From Thermoproteota archaeon (GTDB taxonomy: Archaea > Korarchaeota > Korarchaeia > B14-G2): a stretch of DNA of 64,000 bases. The stretch's first letter is position 1; each line of letters opens with the position of its first letter. The stretch covers positions 70,788 through 134,787 of the forward strand of contig JAVCBW010000034.1 in the NCBI GenBank assembly GCA_037917675.1. Direction: 5' to 3'. This document shows, piece after piece, positions 29,093 through 38,693 of this stretch. Under the pieces are notes generated by a model. That model was not told the origin of the DNA, did no database searches, and saw only the letters and a list, made by a program, of their open reading frames with translations. The position numbers were made by a program, and so were the translations under genes.

Positions 29093-30190
29093 GTGGGTCC
29101 CTTGCTAAGCAGGGAAGCTAGAGAGGTGGCTAGGATCCTAGTCGAGTACTCAACCAAGGTAAAGGCTGGAGACAGAGTCCAGATTGCAGCTGACATGCCA
29201 GCATATGAGATGGCTTTAGAAGTCTACAGGCTAGCTCTCGCCAAAGGAGCCTACCCTTGGGTGAAGCTAGACCCGCCAGGAAGGAGATACCTCTTCTTCA
29301 AGTATGCCAGCAGAGAGCAGCTGAAGCATCTTCCTGAGCATGAGCTCTATGAGATAAAGCACACAGACGTTTACATAGCGATAAGAGCCCCATCTAATGT
29401 GAGGGAGCTCTCGACGGTGGATCCAGCTAAGATAAGCACCTGGATGAAGACTGTAGAGCCCATATCAGAGTGGAGGGTTTCGAAGACAAGGTGGGTTGTC
29501 TTCTACTATCCAACTCAAGCTCTAGCTCAGGAGGCAGACATGAGCCTAAGCGAGTTTGAGGAGTTCGTCTTCTCAAGCTGCCTCCTAGACTGGCCTAAGC
29601 TGGCTGAAGAGATGGAGAAGATAAAGCAGCTCCTCGAGAAAACAGATGAAGTGAGGATAGTAGGAGAAGAGACAGACATTAAGTTCAGTGTCATGGGGAG
29701 GAAGGCCATAGTAGCAGCAGGAGAGAGGAACATGCCTGATGGAGAGGTCTTCACGAGCATAGTGGAAGACAGTGTAGAGGGCGAGGTCTACTTCGACGTC
29801 CCAGCCATATATGCAGGAAATGCCATAGAAGGAGTCAGGCTCAGGTTTGAGGGTGGAGCGGTTGTTGAAGCGAAAGCTGAGAGGAACCAGAGGCTCCTAG
29901 AGAAGCTCCTGGAAACAGATAATGGAGCAAGGAGGCTAGGAGAGTTCGGTATAGGCCTAAACTACAGGATAACGAGGCCTGTGAAGAGCATACTGTTCGA
30001 CGAGAAGATAGGAGGCACCATACACCTAGCTTTAGGCAGAGGGTATGAGGAGACGCTCAGCAGGAACAAGTCAGCCATACACCTCGATCTGATAAAGGAT
30101 CTCAGGAGGGAGGGTGAAGTCTACTTCGATGGGGAGCTCGTGATGAAGCAGGGAAGGTGGCCTATGCTAGCTGCTGGGCCAGAGCTCTAG
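29093..30190 (+). CDS. Aminopeptidase, M29 (AmpS/AmpT) family
   Basis: NMPDGEVF, GEFGIG, LFDEKIGGTIHLALG, NKSAIHLD. Confidence 0.92.
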   Translation: MGPLLSREAREVARILVEYSTKVKAGDRVQIAADMPAYEMALEVYRLALAKGAYPWVKLDPPGRRYLFFKYASREQLKHLPEHELYEIKHTDVYIAIRAPSNVRELSTVDPAKISTWMKTVEPISEWRVSKTRWVVFYYPTQALAQEADMSLSEFEEFVFSSCLLDWPKLAEEMEKIKQLLEKTDEVRIVGEETDIKFSVMGRKAIVAAGERNMPDGEVFTSIVEDSVEGEVYFDVPAIYAGNAIEGVRLRFEGGAVVEAKAERNQRLLEKLLETDNGARRLGEFGIGLNYRITRPVKSILFDEKIGGTIHLALGRGYEETLSRNKSAIHLDLIKDLRREGEVYFDGELVMKQGRWPMLAAGPEL

Positions 30191-30254
30191 GCTCCAGCCC
30201 AGCAGCTGGAGTGGTGCCCCCAATAGGGCTCTAGCCGTAACCCTATTTATCACC

Positions 30255-31178
30255 CTAGCAGTCTTCCCAGAGCGCGACTTCGAGGACCCTATGTCTATCT
30301 AGGTTCTCGACCTTCAGGTAGTACTTCACAACGTCTATGAGCACCTGAACAGGCCATACTCCAACCACCTCACTGCTGAGCACTGGCACATTGTACCTGT
30401 TAGCCTCTATCTTCAAGAGCTCAAACACCCTGTAAAGCGGGGTCTTCTCAGGCATGTAGATGCTCATCCCAACCTGAGTTATCCCTCTATCCGGGATGGA
30501 GGCTCCCATGGCCTTCACGAAAGCTAGCCCCCCTCTCTTAGCATGGAGCGCCCTAGCTATCTTCTTAGCTACCTTGATGTCGCTTGTCCCCAAGTTGACA
30601 TTGAATCCTGCCATGAAGCCTCTAGCTCCCACTATGCTGGCACCAGCAGTAGGATGCATCCTAGCTGGCCCGAAGTCAGGTTTTCTCTCTGGTAGGTGGA
30701 TCTCCTTCTTGAGCCCCTCATACTCTCCTCTCCTTATGTAGTCGAGGTCTCTCCTCTCAGGCTTCAGCGCAGCTTCCCCATACAGGTAGACTGGCAGCTC
30801 AAACCTCTCAGCTAGCTCCTTGGCAAAGCCTCTGGCTAGCTCAATGACTTCTTCCATGCTGACACCGCTAACTGGGACAAATGGCACGACATCTACTGCA
30901 CCAATCCTAGGATGCTGCCCTCTATGCTCCTCCATGTTGATGTGCTTGATAGCTTCTTCAGCTGTAGCCATCGCTGCTGCTCTGACAGCCTCAGGTTCAC
31001 CAGCGAAGGTCAGCACCATCCTGTTATAGTAGTCATCATAGAGGACATCAAGCACCTTCACTCCAGCAGTCTCTTTGGCTCTAGCCACAATAGCCTCAAT
31101 GACCTGTCTCCTCTTTCCTTCGCTGAAGTTCGGGACACACTCAACTATCCTTCTCATGAGTTGCCTCAGGTCTATCAT
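30255..31178 (-). CDS. ftcd: Glutamate formimidoyltransferase
   Basis: IVECVPNFSEG, HPRIGAVDVVPFVP, IRRGEYEG, HPTAGA. Confidence 0.92.
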   Translation of the reverse strand: MIDLRQLMRRIVECVPNFSEGKRRQVIEAIVARAKETAGVKVLDVLYDDYYNRMVLTFAGEPEAVRAAAMATAEEAIKHINMEEHRGQHPRIGAVDVVPFVPVSGVSMEEVIELARGFAKELAERFELPVYLYGEAALKPERRDLDYIRRGEYEGLKKEIHLPERKPDFGPARMHPTAGASIVGARGFMAGFNVNLGTSDIKVAKKIARALHAKRGGLAFVKAMGASIPDRGITQVGMSIYMPEKTPLYRVFELLKIEANRYNVPVLSSEVVGVWPVQVLIDVVKYYLKVENLDRHRVLEVALWEDC

Positions 31179-31445
31179 GCCATTAACATTACTCTAGCAT
31201 GATCTCATAGGCATGCACTAGAGGCTTACCTGGTCTACTTGCGACTTGAGCTCACAGACCACCCACAGTTGCCTCAGGAGACTGTTTTGTGCAGCTCTAT
31301 GCTCTGGATAGCCCTGCAGCTATCTGTAGGCTGCCGCCTGGAGAGATCTCTCTATAGATGATATGAGACGCGGTCGCAGAGAGGCTGAAGGCCTACTGAA
31401 GCTGACCATGCTCTCTACGTCATAGAGAGCGTGTTGAGCTGAGCC

Positions 31446-31877
31446 CTATCTCCAGCTCTTCAGCTCTATGACCTCTATTCTCCCTCTGAGCTTTTCAGCT
31501 AGCTTGCTGTCAGCTGTGACGAGAGGGCAGCCATGCTTCTCTGAGAGAGCTACATAGGATGCCTCCATGAAAGTCAGCTTAGTGCTCTTTGCGACCTCAA
31601 TAGCCTTCTTCAGGAGCTCTGGGTCTCTGATGTCTTCAAGCTTGATGTTGAACTGGAGGATAGCGTTCAGGTCTCTCTCGACATCCTCTGGTGTCTTTGC
31701 AGGATGCCTGCTTAAAATGTGGCAGAAGTCATAGAGGATGATTGATGGCGCTATGAGTTCAAGCTCTTCTCTGGCGCTCGCCTCTCTTATCTTCAGAGCC
31801 TTATCTGTAAGAGGCTCCTGGATCACCCACTTAGAGACTACGCTTGCATCTACTACTATCTTCTTCAAGCTGCTCAC
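31446..31877 (-). CDS. vapC: VapC PIN-domain toxin
   Basis: IVVDASVVSKW, LIAP, LVTAD; overlaps upstream antitoxin. Confidence 0.85.
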   Translation of the reverse strand: MSSLKKIVVDASVVSKWVIQEPLTDKALKIREASAREELELIAPSIILYDFCHILSRHPAKTPEDVERDLNAILQFNIKLEDIRDPELLKKAIEVAKSTKLTFMEASYVALSEKHGCPLVTADSKLAEKLRGRIEVIELKSWR

Positions 31878-32082
31878 GCACCTCTCTAGCTACTTCCTCA
31901 CTTCTGAACTCGAATCCCTCTGTCCTAGCTCTAGACTCATCCATTGCTGCCATAGCCTGCTTTACCTTCTCCTCTCTTATCTTCCGCCTGACAGCCTCTC
32001 TGAGGTACTCAGGCCAGTTTATCCTGATCCTCTGCATCTCCTCCTTAACCTCCTTAGGTACCCTGAACGAGACTACAGGCAT
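31831..32082 (-). CDS. vapB: VapB-type ribbon-helix-helix antitoxin
   Basis: VVSFRVPKEVKEEM..INWPEYLREAV RHH pattern immediately upstream of PIN gene. Confidence 0.82.
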   Translation of the reverse strand: MPVVSFRVPKEVKEEMQRIRINWPEYLREAVRRKIREEKVKQAMAAMDESRARTEGFEFRSEEVAREVREQLEEDSSRCKRSL

Positions 32083-32221
32083 AGTATCAACCTTGACTCT
32101 CTTTCACAACGCATGTGTACCCAGCTTACTGTCTTAGACACACATGTCTGTATTGATAGTATTGGAGCTAATCTTGCTATAAAAGTCTACCTGAGATTAC
32201 TGCTTCAATAGCGCTCATAGC

Positions 32222-33830
32222 CTAGTGGTATAGCCTCCTCAAGACAGCTGAGGGAGGCATCCCAACTATGCTATAGACTTTGATCTCCTCCTTCCTCCCC
32301 TCCAGCTCAGAGAGGAAGGCTTGGAGCACGAGAAGAACGCAGATCGAAGCTGGTATCACTGAGGCTTTAGCAGCGTCTCCACCCAGCAGGACTGGCATGT
32401 ACTCCTTAGAGTACCTGGCTGAAAGCCCATTCCTGTTCACCCAAACATGGTATCCGACATACCAGCCTGCAGCTCCTCCGATGCTATGCTCCTCAACGAG
32501 CCTAGGTGCTCTAGTGAAGCTCTCCTCGTCCTCTGGTATCACATAGTGTACTCTCCCAGCTCCAGGGAGTGACCTAGGGTGGCTTGTGCTATAGACTATG
32601 AGAGCCTTTATAGAAGGCTGAAGCCTAGCTCCAGTAGCATCTCTCAGCTCACTCATGGACTTCATGTGGCCTAGCAGCCCAACCAGCTTGCCCTCTATGC
32701 TGACATACTTGGCCAGCGAGCTCCCAGCTCTGAGGCCACCTACCCCATAGACTGTGAGGTTCACGCTGTCACCTAGCTTGGCTCCTATGTACTCAGCATA
32801 CCTATCTGTGACCAGGGCTGCGATCTCGCTCCACTTAGGCAGCCTTCCAGCTGGGAGGAAGCTCTCTAGCCTGAAGAGCACATCTAGGGCCTGAGGGTCT
32901 GTGCCAGGACTATCGCAGCGTTCAGCTCAGCGCCGTTCAGCGTTATCCTAGTTATGTTCCAGCACCAACCTCATAGCTGCTGACATAGTACCTACCTTGG
33001 TACCTCGGTGTCACATACCTCTCGAGGAGCTCTGAGCTGAAGTAGGTTCTGCTCCACTCGACTGCTATGCTGTCTGCGCAAGGTGCTCTGCCAGCTAAGG
33101 TTCCTGTAGCCCATACGCCGACTGGACTGAGACTAGCACTAGCATGGATGCGACAACTAGCGCTACTGAAGCCACTGTGGAAGCTGACTGCATGCTTCTA
33201 GCTCTAAGCTGGTAGCTACAGAACCTGAAGCTAAAGCTCCTTGACGTGGTCTCACATGCCAGCAGTGAAGCTAGGCTGGAGAAGGCTGCTGAAGCAAGCC
33301 ACCCAGCCTCACTCAGTGTCCAGCTGCTCAGCCTGAAGGCTCTGGAGAAGAGCCAGGCTGAAGCCAATGTGACAGCTTTTGAGGCGGTTGCGGGATGGGA
33401 CAGGATACGACCCATCTGGAGAAGAGCCAGGCTGAAGCCAATGTGACAGAGCTGCCTAGGACGCTGAACCAGCTGAACACAGCTAGGAAAAATGAGGGGT
33501 GCAGCCTCCATAGAGCCTGCTATCTGAGCTAGGCTAGCTGAAGAGGAGTATGAGGAGGCCTATGGTGAATGCTGAGGAGAGCTTCAGCCCACTAAGCTTT
33601 AGGTCAACTGACTTCCTAGCTGTGCTCAGGAGCCCTACTGAGGCCTTGAGCTTGAGGTCAGCTTCCTCTCTAGCTCCAGCAAGCTCCTTGCCTTCTCTAG
33701 CCTTCTCAGCTGCTTCACAAGCCATGGAGAGCTCTAGGCTCATGTTGAGCCTAAGGTGCTCAAGTGCTCTGGCATAGCTGCTCACATATGCCTCCATGTC
33801 AGCTGGCTCACTGATAGGGGTGTGAGCCAC
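32222..33830 (-). pseudogene. Fragmented large FtsX-like ABC permease relic
   Basis: Fragments in several frames with stops. Includes RKEEIKVYSIVGMPP (FtsX ERxxEIxxxxxxG-like) and LRARSMQSASTVASVALVVAS (FtsX N-terminal LRRRxxRSxLT-like). Confidence 0.6.
33341..33449. repeat. Perfect 35-bp direct repeat flanking a 39-bp insert
   Basis: TCTGGAGAAGAGCCAGGCTGAAGCCAATGTGACAG at 33341-33375 and 33415-33449; spacer 33376-33414. Confidence 0.95.
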
Positions 33831-33888
33831 CTACATGCTAGGAGAGCTGCTGAGATAGCTGCCAGCAGGGCTAGAGGCTTCTTCAGCA

Positions 33889-35133
33889 TCACTCACCTAG
33901 AGAGGTGAAGAATGCCTTCATCCTCTCCATGGCTTCCATCAGCTTATGAGGCTCCTCGACGACTGGAGCATAAGAGAGCCTGACCCACCCCTCACATCCG
34001 AAGTCTACTCCAGGAGCGAGCGCAACCTGCCACTCGCTTAGAAGCCTGCTGCATAGCTCCCTTGAGCTGCTGATGTAGCTTGAGGCATCGAAGAATAGGT
34101 AGAAGCCGCCATCTGGCTCAAGCACCTTAGCCTCTGGAGCCGCCTCACTCAGAGCCCTATAGGCCTCAGCAGCTATTCCAGCATACCTCTCAGCTCCATT
34201 AGAGTAGAACTCCCTTATCCTCCTGAAGATGCCCTCTCTGCTCAGCAGCCTAGCTAGCGCTGCTTGAGCTAGTGAGCTCGAAGCTAGGGTTGAGGCCTGC
34301 TCTATGGTTTCCACAGCTCTAGCAAGATCAGGGTCAGCTATGATGTAGCCTAGCCTCCATCCTGGGATCCTCATCTCCTTTGAGAGCGTGCACACAAATA
34401 TCTCACACTCTCTCCTCTCTCTACTGTAGTAGCTTGGGTAGCTGCTGAAGCAGAAGGCCCTGTAGGCGACGTCTAATGCAAGCCAGACTCCCTTTTCCTC
34501 AGCTATGTCAGCAACCCCCTCATACACCTCTGGTGGGATTATCTTGCCATCTGGGTTTCCTGGTGAGACCAAGATGATCATTCTAGGCTTCCTCTCCGAG
34601 ATAAGCTCCTGGAGGCCATCTAAGCTAGGGGAGTACTCTCCGCCAGCTAGGCAGTTCCAGTAAGCTAGCCTAGGTGGAGCTCCAGCTGCAACGGCTAGCT
34701 GCCTGCTGTAGTTCAGGTATGTTGGCCTGGCCACTACTACTGTCTCTCCGCTGTCAACTACAGCACGCATGAGAGCTGTGATCAAGTCTGTGCTGCCACA
34801 GCCTAATACGAGCTCTCTGCTCTCACAGCTCCTCCCGAACACCTCCTTCTCATAGCTGCATAGGAGCTCAAGCAGGTCTCCTCGCCCCCTCGTAGGAGTG
34901 TACCTTGACGAGAGCTTGAAGAGCTCTCTGCTCCCAGCTATCTCAAGCAGAGCTTCCCTGAGCTCCTCCATAGGTGGGTCCTGAGGCCATCCTCCACCAA
35001 GATAGATGAGCTCCCTAGGATACTTCTCAGGGTGTAGCCTGTAATCCTCTACTACACTCATTATCTCCCTTATGGAGCTTGGGTTTTCGAGCGTGTATCT
35101 AGCTAAGCTCGATAACTCCCCTCTCATGCTCAT
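33889..35133 (-). CDS. PLP-dependent aminotransferase class I/II
   Basis: PGNPDG, LDVAY, TLSKEMRIPGWRLG (PLP lysine), WVRLSY. Confidence 0.9.
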   Translation of the reverse strand: MSMRGELSSLARYTLENPSSIREIMSVVEDYRLHPEKYPRELIYLGGGWPQDPPMEELREALLEIAGSRELFKLSSRYTPTRGRGDLLELLCSYEKEVFGRSCESRELVLGCGSTDLITALMRAVVDSGETVVVARPTYLNYSRQLAVAAGAPPRLAYWNCLAGGEYSPSLDGLQELISERKPRMIILVSPGNPDGKIIPPEVYEGVADIAEEKGVWLALDVAYRAFCFSSYPSYYSRERRECEIFVCTLSKEMRIPGWRLGYIIADPDLARAVETIEQASTLASSSLAQAALARLLSREGIFRRIREFYSNGAERYAGIAAEAYRALSEAAPEAKVLEPDGGFYLFFDASSYISSSRELCSRLLSEWQVALAPGVDFGCEGWVRLSYAPVVEEPHKLMEAMERMKAFFTSLGE

Positions 35134-35186
35134 CAGGTACCCTCAGCCTCTACTATTTAAAGAGGGCCACATGTCCCAGGGGGGTC

Positions 35187-36575
35187 TTGTTGGAGGATCT
35201 AGCTCAGCTAGCATTAGAGGAGGCTAAAAGGCTTGGAGCAAGCTATGCTGACATAAGGATTGAGCTATACCAGAGGTGTAGGATAGAGGTCAGCAAGGGG
35301 AAGATAGAGAGGCTGAGCTGCGGCTCTGATGCTGGAGCTGGGGTGAGAGCTCTCGTGAAGGGGAGGTGGGGCTTCTCCTCTACGACAGAGCTCACCAGAG
35401 AGGGCGTCAAGAGGGCTGCTGAGGAGGCTGTGAGGTCAGCTCTAGCCATGGGAGAGCCTAGGGAGCCAGCTCAGCTAGCTGAAGCCAAGCTCCTGAAGGC
35501 TAGGGTAGTTAAGCTTGGCGCTAAGAGGCTGGAGGACACTCCTCTAGAGGAGAAGCTCAGCATCACGCTAGAGTCAGATAAGGCAATGACAGGATATAGC
35601 CCTAAGGTGAAGAGCACGACAGTCCTCTATACTGAGGCATATGGGAGGAAGATCTTCGCTAACAGTGAGGGCACGCTCGTGGAAACCACAGGAAGCAGGT
35701 GCTATCTCTCTCACATGGCTGTAGCGAGGGAAGGCGGGAGGATCCAGTCATATAGGACCAGAGCTGCAGCCTACGGGGGGCTTGAGAAGCTCCTAGAGCA
35801 GAGGCCAGCTGAGAAGGCGAGGGAGGCTGCTGAGAAGGCTTGCATGCTCCTCGAGGCTGAGTCGCCTCCCTCAGGGAAGATGACTGTGATAGCTGACCCA
35901 GAGCACATCGGGGTCTTCGTCCATGAGGCTGTAGGCCACGCCTGCGAGGCTGACGCTGTTGTAGCTGGCGAAAGCTGCCTAGCAGGTAAGATAGGTGAGA
36001 AGATAGGCTCAGACCTCGTGACCATAGTAGACGACTCGACTCTAGACTGGTGGGGGTCAGAGGAGTATGACGATGAGGGAGTTAAGACAGCTAGGAGGAT
36101 GCTAGTTGAGGATGGGGTTCTCAAGGCGTACATGTTGAACAGGGAGTCTGCCTTCAAGCTCAAGATGGAGCCTAATGGATCAGCTAGAGCAATGAGCTTC
36201 AGGTACCCACCTATAGTCAGGATGAGCAACACATACATTCAGCCTAGAGACTACAGGTTCGAGGAGCTACTTGAAGATGTGAGCTATGGAGTCTATGTTA
36301 AGGGGAGCAGAGGAGGCCAGGTAGACTCTGCTATAGGCTACTTCCAGTTCAATGCCCAGGAGGCTTGGCTCATAGAGAAGGGTGAGCTCAGGAAGCTCCT
36401 GACAGACGTCTCTCTCAGCGGCCTCATCCTAGAGACTCTGAAGCACATAGACGCTGTGGGGAGGGACATGGAGTTCTCAGTAGGCTTCTGTGGGAAAGCA
36501 GGGCAGTATGTTCCCACTGGAGATGGAGGCCCCCATGTAAGGATAAGAGAGGCTGTGGTAGGTGGTAGGAGGTGA
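35187..36575 (+). CDS. tldD: TldD metalloprotease subunit
   Basis: HEAVGHACEAD, DDEG, RMSNTY, CGKAGQ..P.GDGGPH. Confidence 0.92.
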   Translation: MLEDLAQLALEEAKRLGASYADIRIELYQRCRIEVSKGKIERLSCGSDAGAGVRALVKGRWGFSSTTELTREGVKRAAEEAVRSALAMGEPREPAQLAEAKLLKARVVKLGAKRLEDTPLEEKLSITLESDKAMTGYSPKVKSTTVLYTEAYGRKIFANSEGTLVETTGSRCYLSHMAVAREGGRIQSYRTRAAAYGGLEKLLEQRPAEKAREAAEKACMLLEAESPPSGKMTVIADPEHIGVFVHEAVGHACEADAVVAGESCLAGKIGEKIGSDLVTIVDDSTLDWWGSEEYDDEGVKTARRMLVEDGVLKAYMLNRESAFKLKMEPNGSARAMSFRYPPIVRMSNTYIQPRDYRFEELLEDVSYGVYVKGSRGGQVDSAIGYFQFNAQEAWLIEKGELRKLLTDVSLSGLILETLKHIDAVGRDMEFSVGFCGKAGQYVPTGDGGPHVRIREAVVGGRR

Positions 36576-37912
36576 GGCCTGAAGAGCTCCTAGAGCTATG
36601 CGAGAAGGCTATTGAGGCAGCTCTCAAGCTGGGTGCAAGCGAAGCTGAGGCCATAGCAACATGGGACAGAGCTGTAGGCGTAGAGATAGAGAAGCTCCAG
36701 ATAAAGAGCTCTAGGACATGCGTGGATGCAGGGCTAGGGATCAGAGCTGTGCTAGGCAGGAGAGTAGGCTTCTCCTTCACCTCACACCTCGCACCAGAGT
36801 CCATCAGGAAGACAGCTGAGACTGCAGTTGAGATAGCTAAGGCAAAGCCAGAGGACCCGCTCTGGCCTGGCTTCGCTGAGCCAGCTGAGCCAGCGAGGGT
36901 ACAGGGGGTCTATGACCCCAAGGCTGCTGAAGCCACCATAGAGGACGCAGCTGAGCTAGCTAGGGAGATGATAGAGGCGATGAAGGTAGATAGGAGGGTC
37001 AAGGCTGGCAGCGGCGGAGTAGGCTTCTCTTCCCTTGCCTCAGCTATAGCCAACAGCAGAGGGCTAGCTCTCTCAGCTCAGGGGACATCAGCTTACGCGT
37101 CAGCTTACGCTATAGCAGAGGAGGCAGGAGAGTCCTCAGCTGGCTTCGAGTACGAGTCCTCCAGGCAGGCTAGCGACGTGAGCCCTCTGAGGGTAGGTGA
37201 GGCAGCTGGCAAGATGGCTATCGAGAACCTCGGGAAGAAGAGTGTAGAGACAGCTACAATGGATGTCGTCCTCCACCCATTCGCTCTAGCAAGCCTGCTG
37301 AGCATACTGGCAGAGGAACTGAGTGGAGAGAACCTCTACAAGAAGAGGACTCCCCTAGCTGGCAGGCTAGGAGAGCAGGTTGCCTCAAAGGAGTTCACCC
37401 TAGTAGACGACGGGACCCTAGAGAAGGCGCTAGGGACATGGCCATTCGACGCTGAAGGGACACCGTCAAGGACAACTACTCTCATAGATAGAGGAGTGCT
37501 CAAGAGCTTCCTCTATGATAGGTACTGGGGGAAGGCCTGTGGGGCAGAGAGCACAGGAAACGCCTTAAGAGGGTATGAGTCAGAGCCTAGGATAGCTCCA
37601 AGGAACCTGATCGTCAAGCCTGGCTCAAAGCCTCTGAGTGAGCTGATATCAGAGGTAGATGAGGGCATACTCGTCGTAGGCTTCCTGGGGGCACATACAG
37701 CAAACATACCATCAGGAGAGTTCAGTGTAGTAGCCTACCTGCCAGCTTACATAAGGAGAGGAGAGGTGAAGCATCCAGTAAAGCAGGCAATGGTATCAGG
37801 GAACATCCTAGAATTCATAGCTAAGGTGGATGCTGTCAGTAAGGAGGTAAAGAACCTAGGGAGGGCTCTACTCCCATATGCTAGGGTAAGTGGCGTAAGG
37901 GTGTCAGCATAG
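36572..37912 (+). CDS. pmbA: TldE/PmbA subunit
   Basis: GLGIR, FDAEG, STGNA, GEFS, SGN; lacks HExxH; coupled to tldD. Confidence 0.9.
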   Translation: MRPEELLELCEKAIEAALKLGASEAEAIATWDRAVGVEIEKLQIKSSRTCVDAGLGIRAVLGRRVGFSFTSHLAPESIRKTAETAVEIAKAKPEDPLWPGFAEPAEPARVQGVYDPKAAEATIEDAAELAREMIEAMKVDRRVKAGSGGVGFSSLASAIANSRGLALSAQGTSAYASAYAIAEEAGESSAGFEYESSRQASDVSPLRVGEAAGKMAIENLGKKSVETATMDVVLHPFALASLLSILAEELSGENLYKKRTPLAGRLGEQVASKEFTLVDDGTLEKALGTWPFDAEGTPSRTTTLIDRGVLKSFLYDRYWGKACGAESTGNALRGYESEPRIAPRNLIVKPGSKPLSELISEVDEGILVVGFLGAHTANIPSGEFSVVAYLPAYIRRGEVKHPVKQAMVSGNILEFIAKVDAVSKEVKNLGRALLPYARVSGVRVSA

Positions 37913-38655
37913 TGGAGTACAGGAGGGCTGCTAGGCTCATAGCTGAGTCGAAGGCTGCAGTGGCCCTCACAGGAGCAGGTATAAGCGCCGAGAGCGGCAT
38001 ACCGACATTCAGGGGGCCAGGAGGCCTATGGGAGAAGTATAACTGGAGGAAGCTAGCTACCAGAGAGGCTTTCTACCAGAACCCTAAGCTCGTATGGGAG
38101 TGGTATGCTATGAGGATCAAGATGATCCTAGAGGCTAAGCCGAACCCAGCTCACATAGCTCTAGCTAGGCTAGAGGAGATGGGCTTCATCAAAGCTGTCA
38201 TAACCCAGAATGTAGATGGCCTGCATAGGAGAGCTGGGAGCAGGAAGGTCATAGAGCTCCATGGGAGCATAAGCAGAGTGAGGTGCATAGGCTGTAGCAG
38301 AACATACCACGTATCTGAGATCCCATATGAGATCCCTCCGAGATGTAGCTGTGGAGCACTGCTTAGGCCAGATGTCGTCTGGTTTGGAGAGCCTCTTCCC
38401 AGAGACCAGCTTGAGGAGGCCTTGAGGATGGCTTCGCAGGCAGACCTCATCATGGTCGTCGGGACAAGCCTCCTAGTCCAGCCTGCAGCAAGCCTGCCAT
38501 TCATCACAATCCAGGGGGGAGGGAAAGCCATAGAAGTCAATCCAGAGGAGACCCCTCTGACGCCGTATGCAGCTGTATCCATAAGAGAGAGGGCTGCCAA
38601 GGCTCTCCCAAGGCTGCTTAGTGAGCTGGAGCAGCTTGTAGCTGGAGGCCAGTGA
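37912..38655 (+). CDS. cobB: Sir2/CobB NAD-dependent deacylase
   Basis: GAGISAESGIPTFRG, TQNVDGLH, LHGS, RPDVVWFGE, GTS. Confidence 0.95.
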   Translation: MEYRRAARLIAESKAAVALTGAGISAESGIPTFRGPGGLWEKYNWRKLATREAFYQNPKLVWEWYAMRIKMILEAKPNPAHIALARLEEMGFIKAVITQNVDGLHRRAGSRKVIELHGSISRVRCIGCSRTYHVSEIPYEIPPRCSCGALLRPDVVWFGEPLPRDQLEEALRMASQADLIMVVGTSLLVQPAASLPFITIQGGGKAIEVNPEETPLTPYAAVSIRERAAKALPRLLSELEQLVAGGQ

Positions 38656-38693
38656 GCTTTAATACAGGAGCTCTAGCGCTAGCTGGGGTAGGC

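Noticed and set aside
33341-33449. Calling the repeat pair a bona fide CRISPR array
   Set aside because: There are only two repeats, no leader and no cas genes, and the repeat is coding sequence without a typical CRISPR 3' end. Kept as an integration-scar hypothesis.
10907-38655. Sir2-HerA anti-phage system
   Set aside because: The Sir2 is a canonical CobB-type deacylase over 20 kb from herA, and herA is in a NurA/Mre11/Rad50 context.
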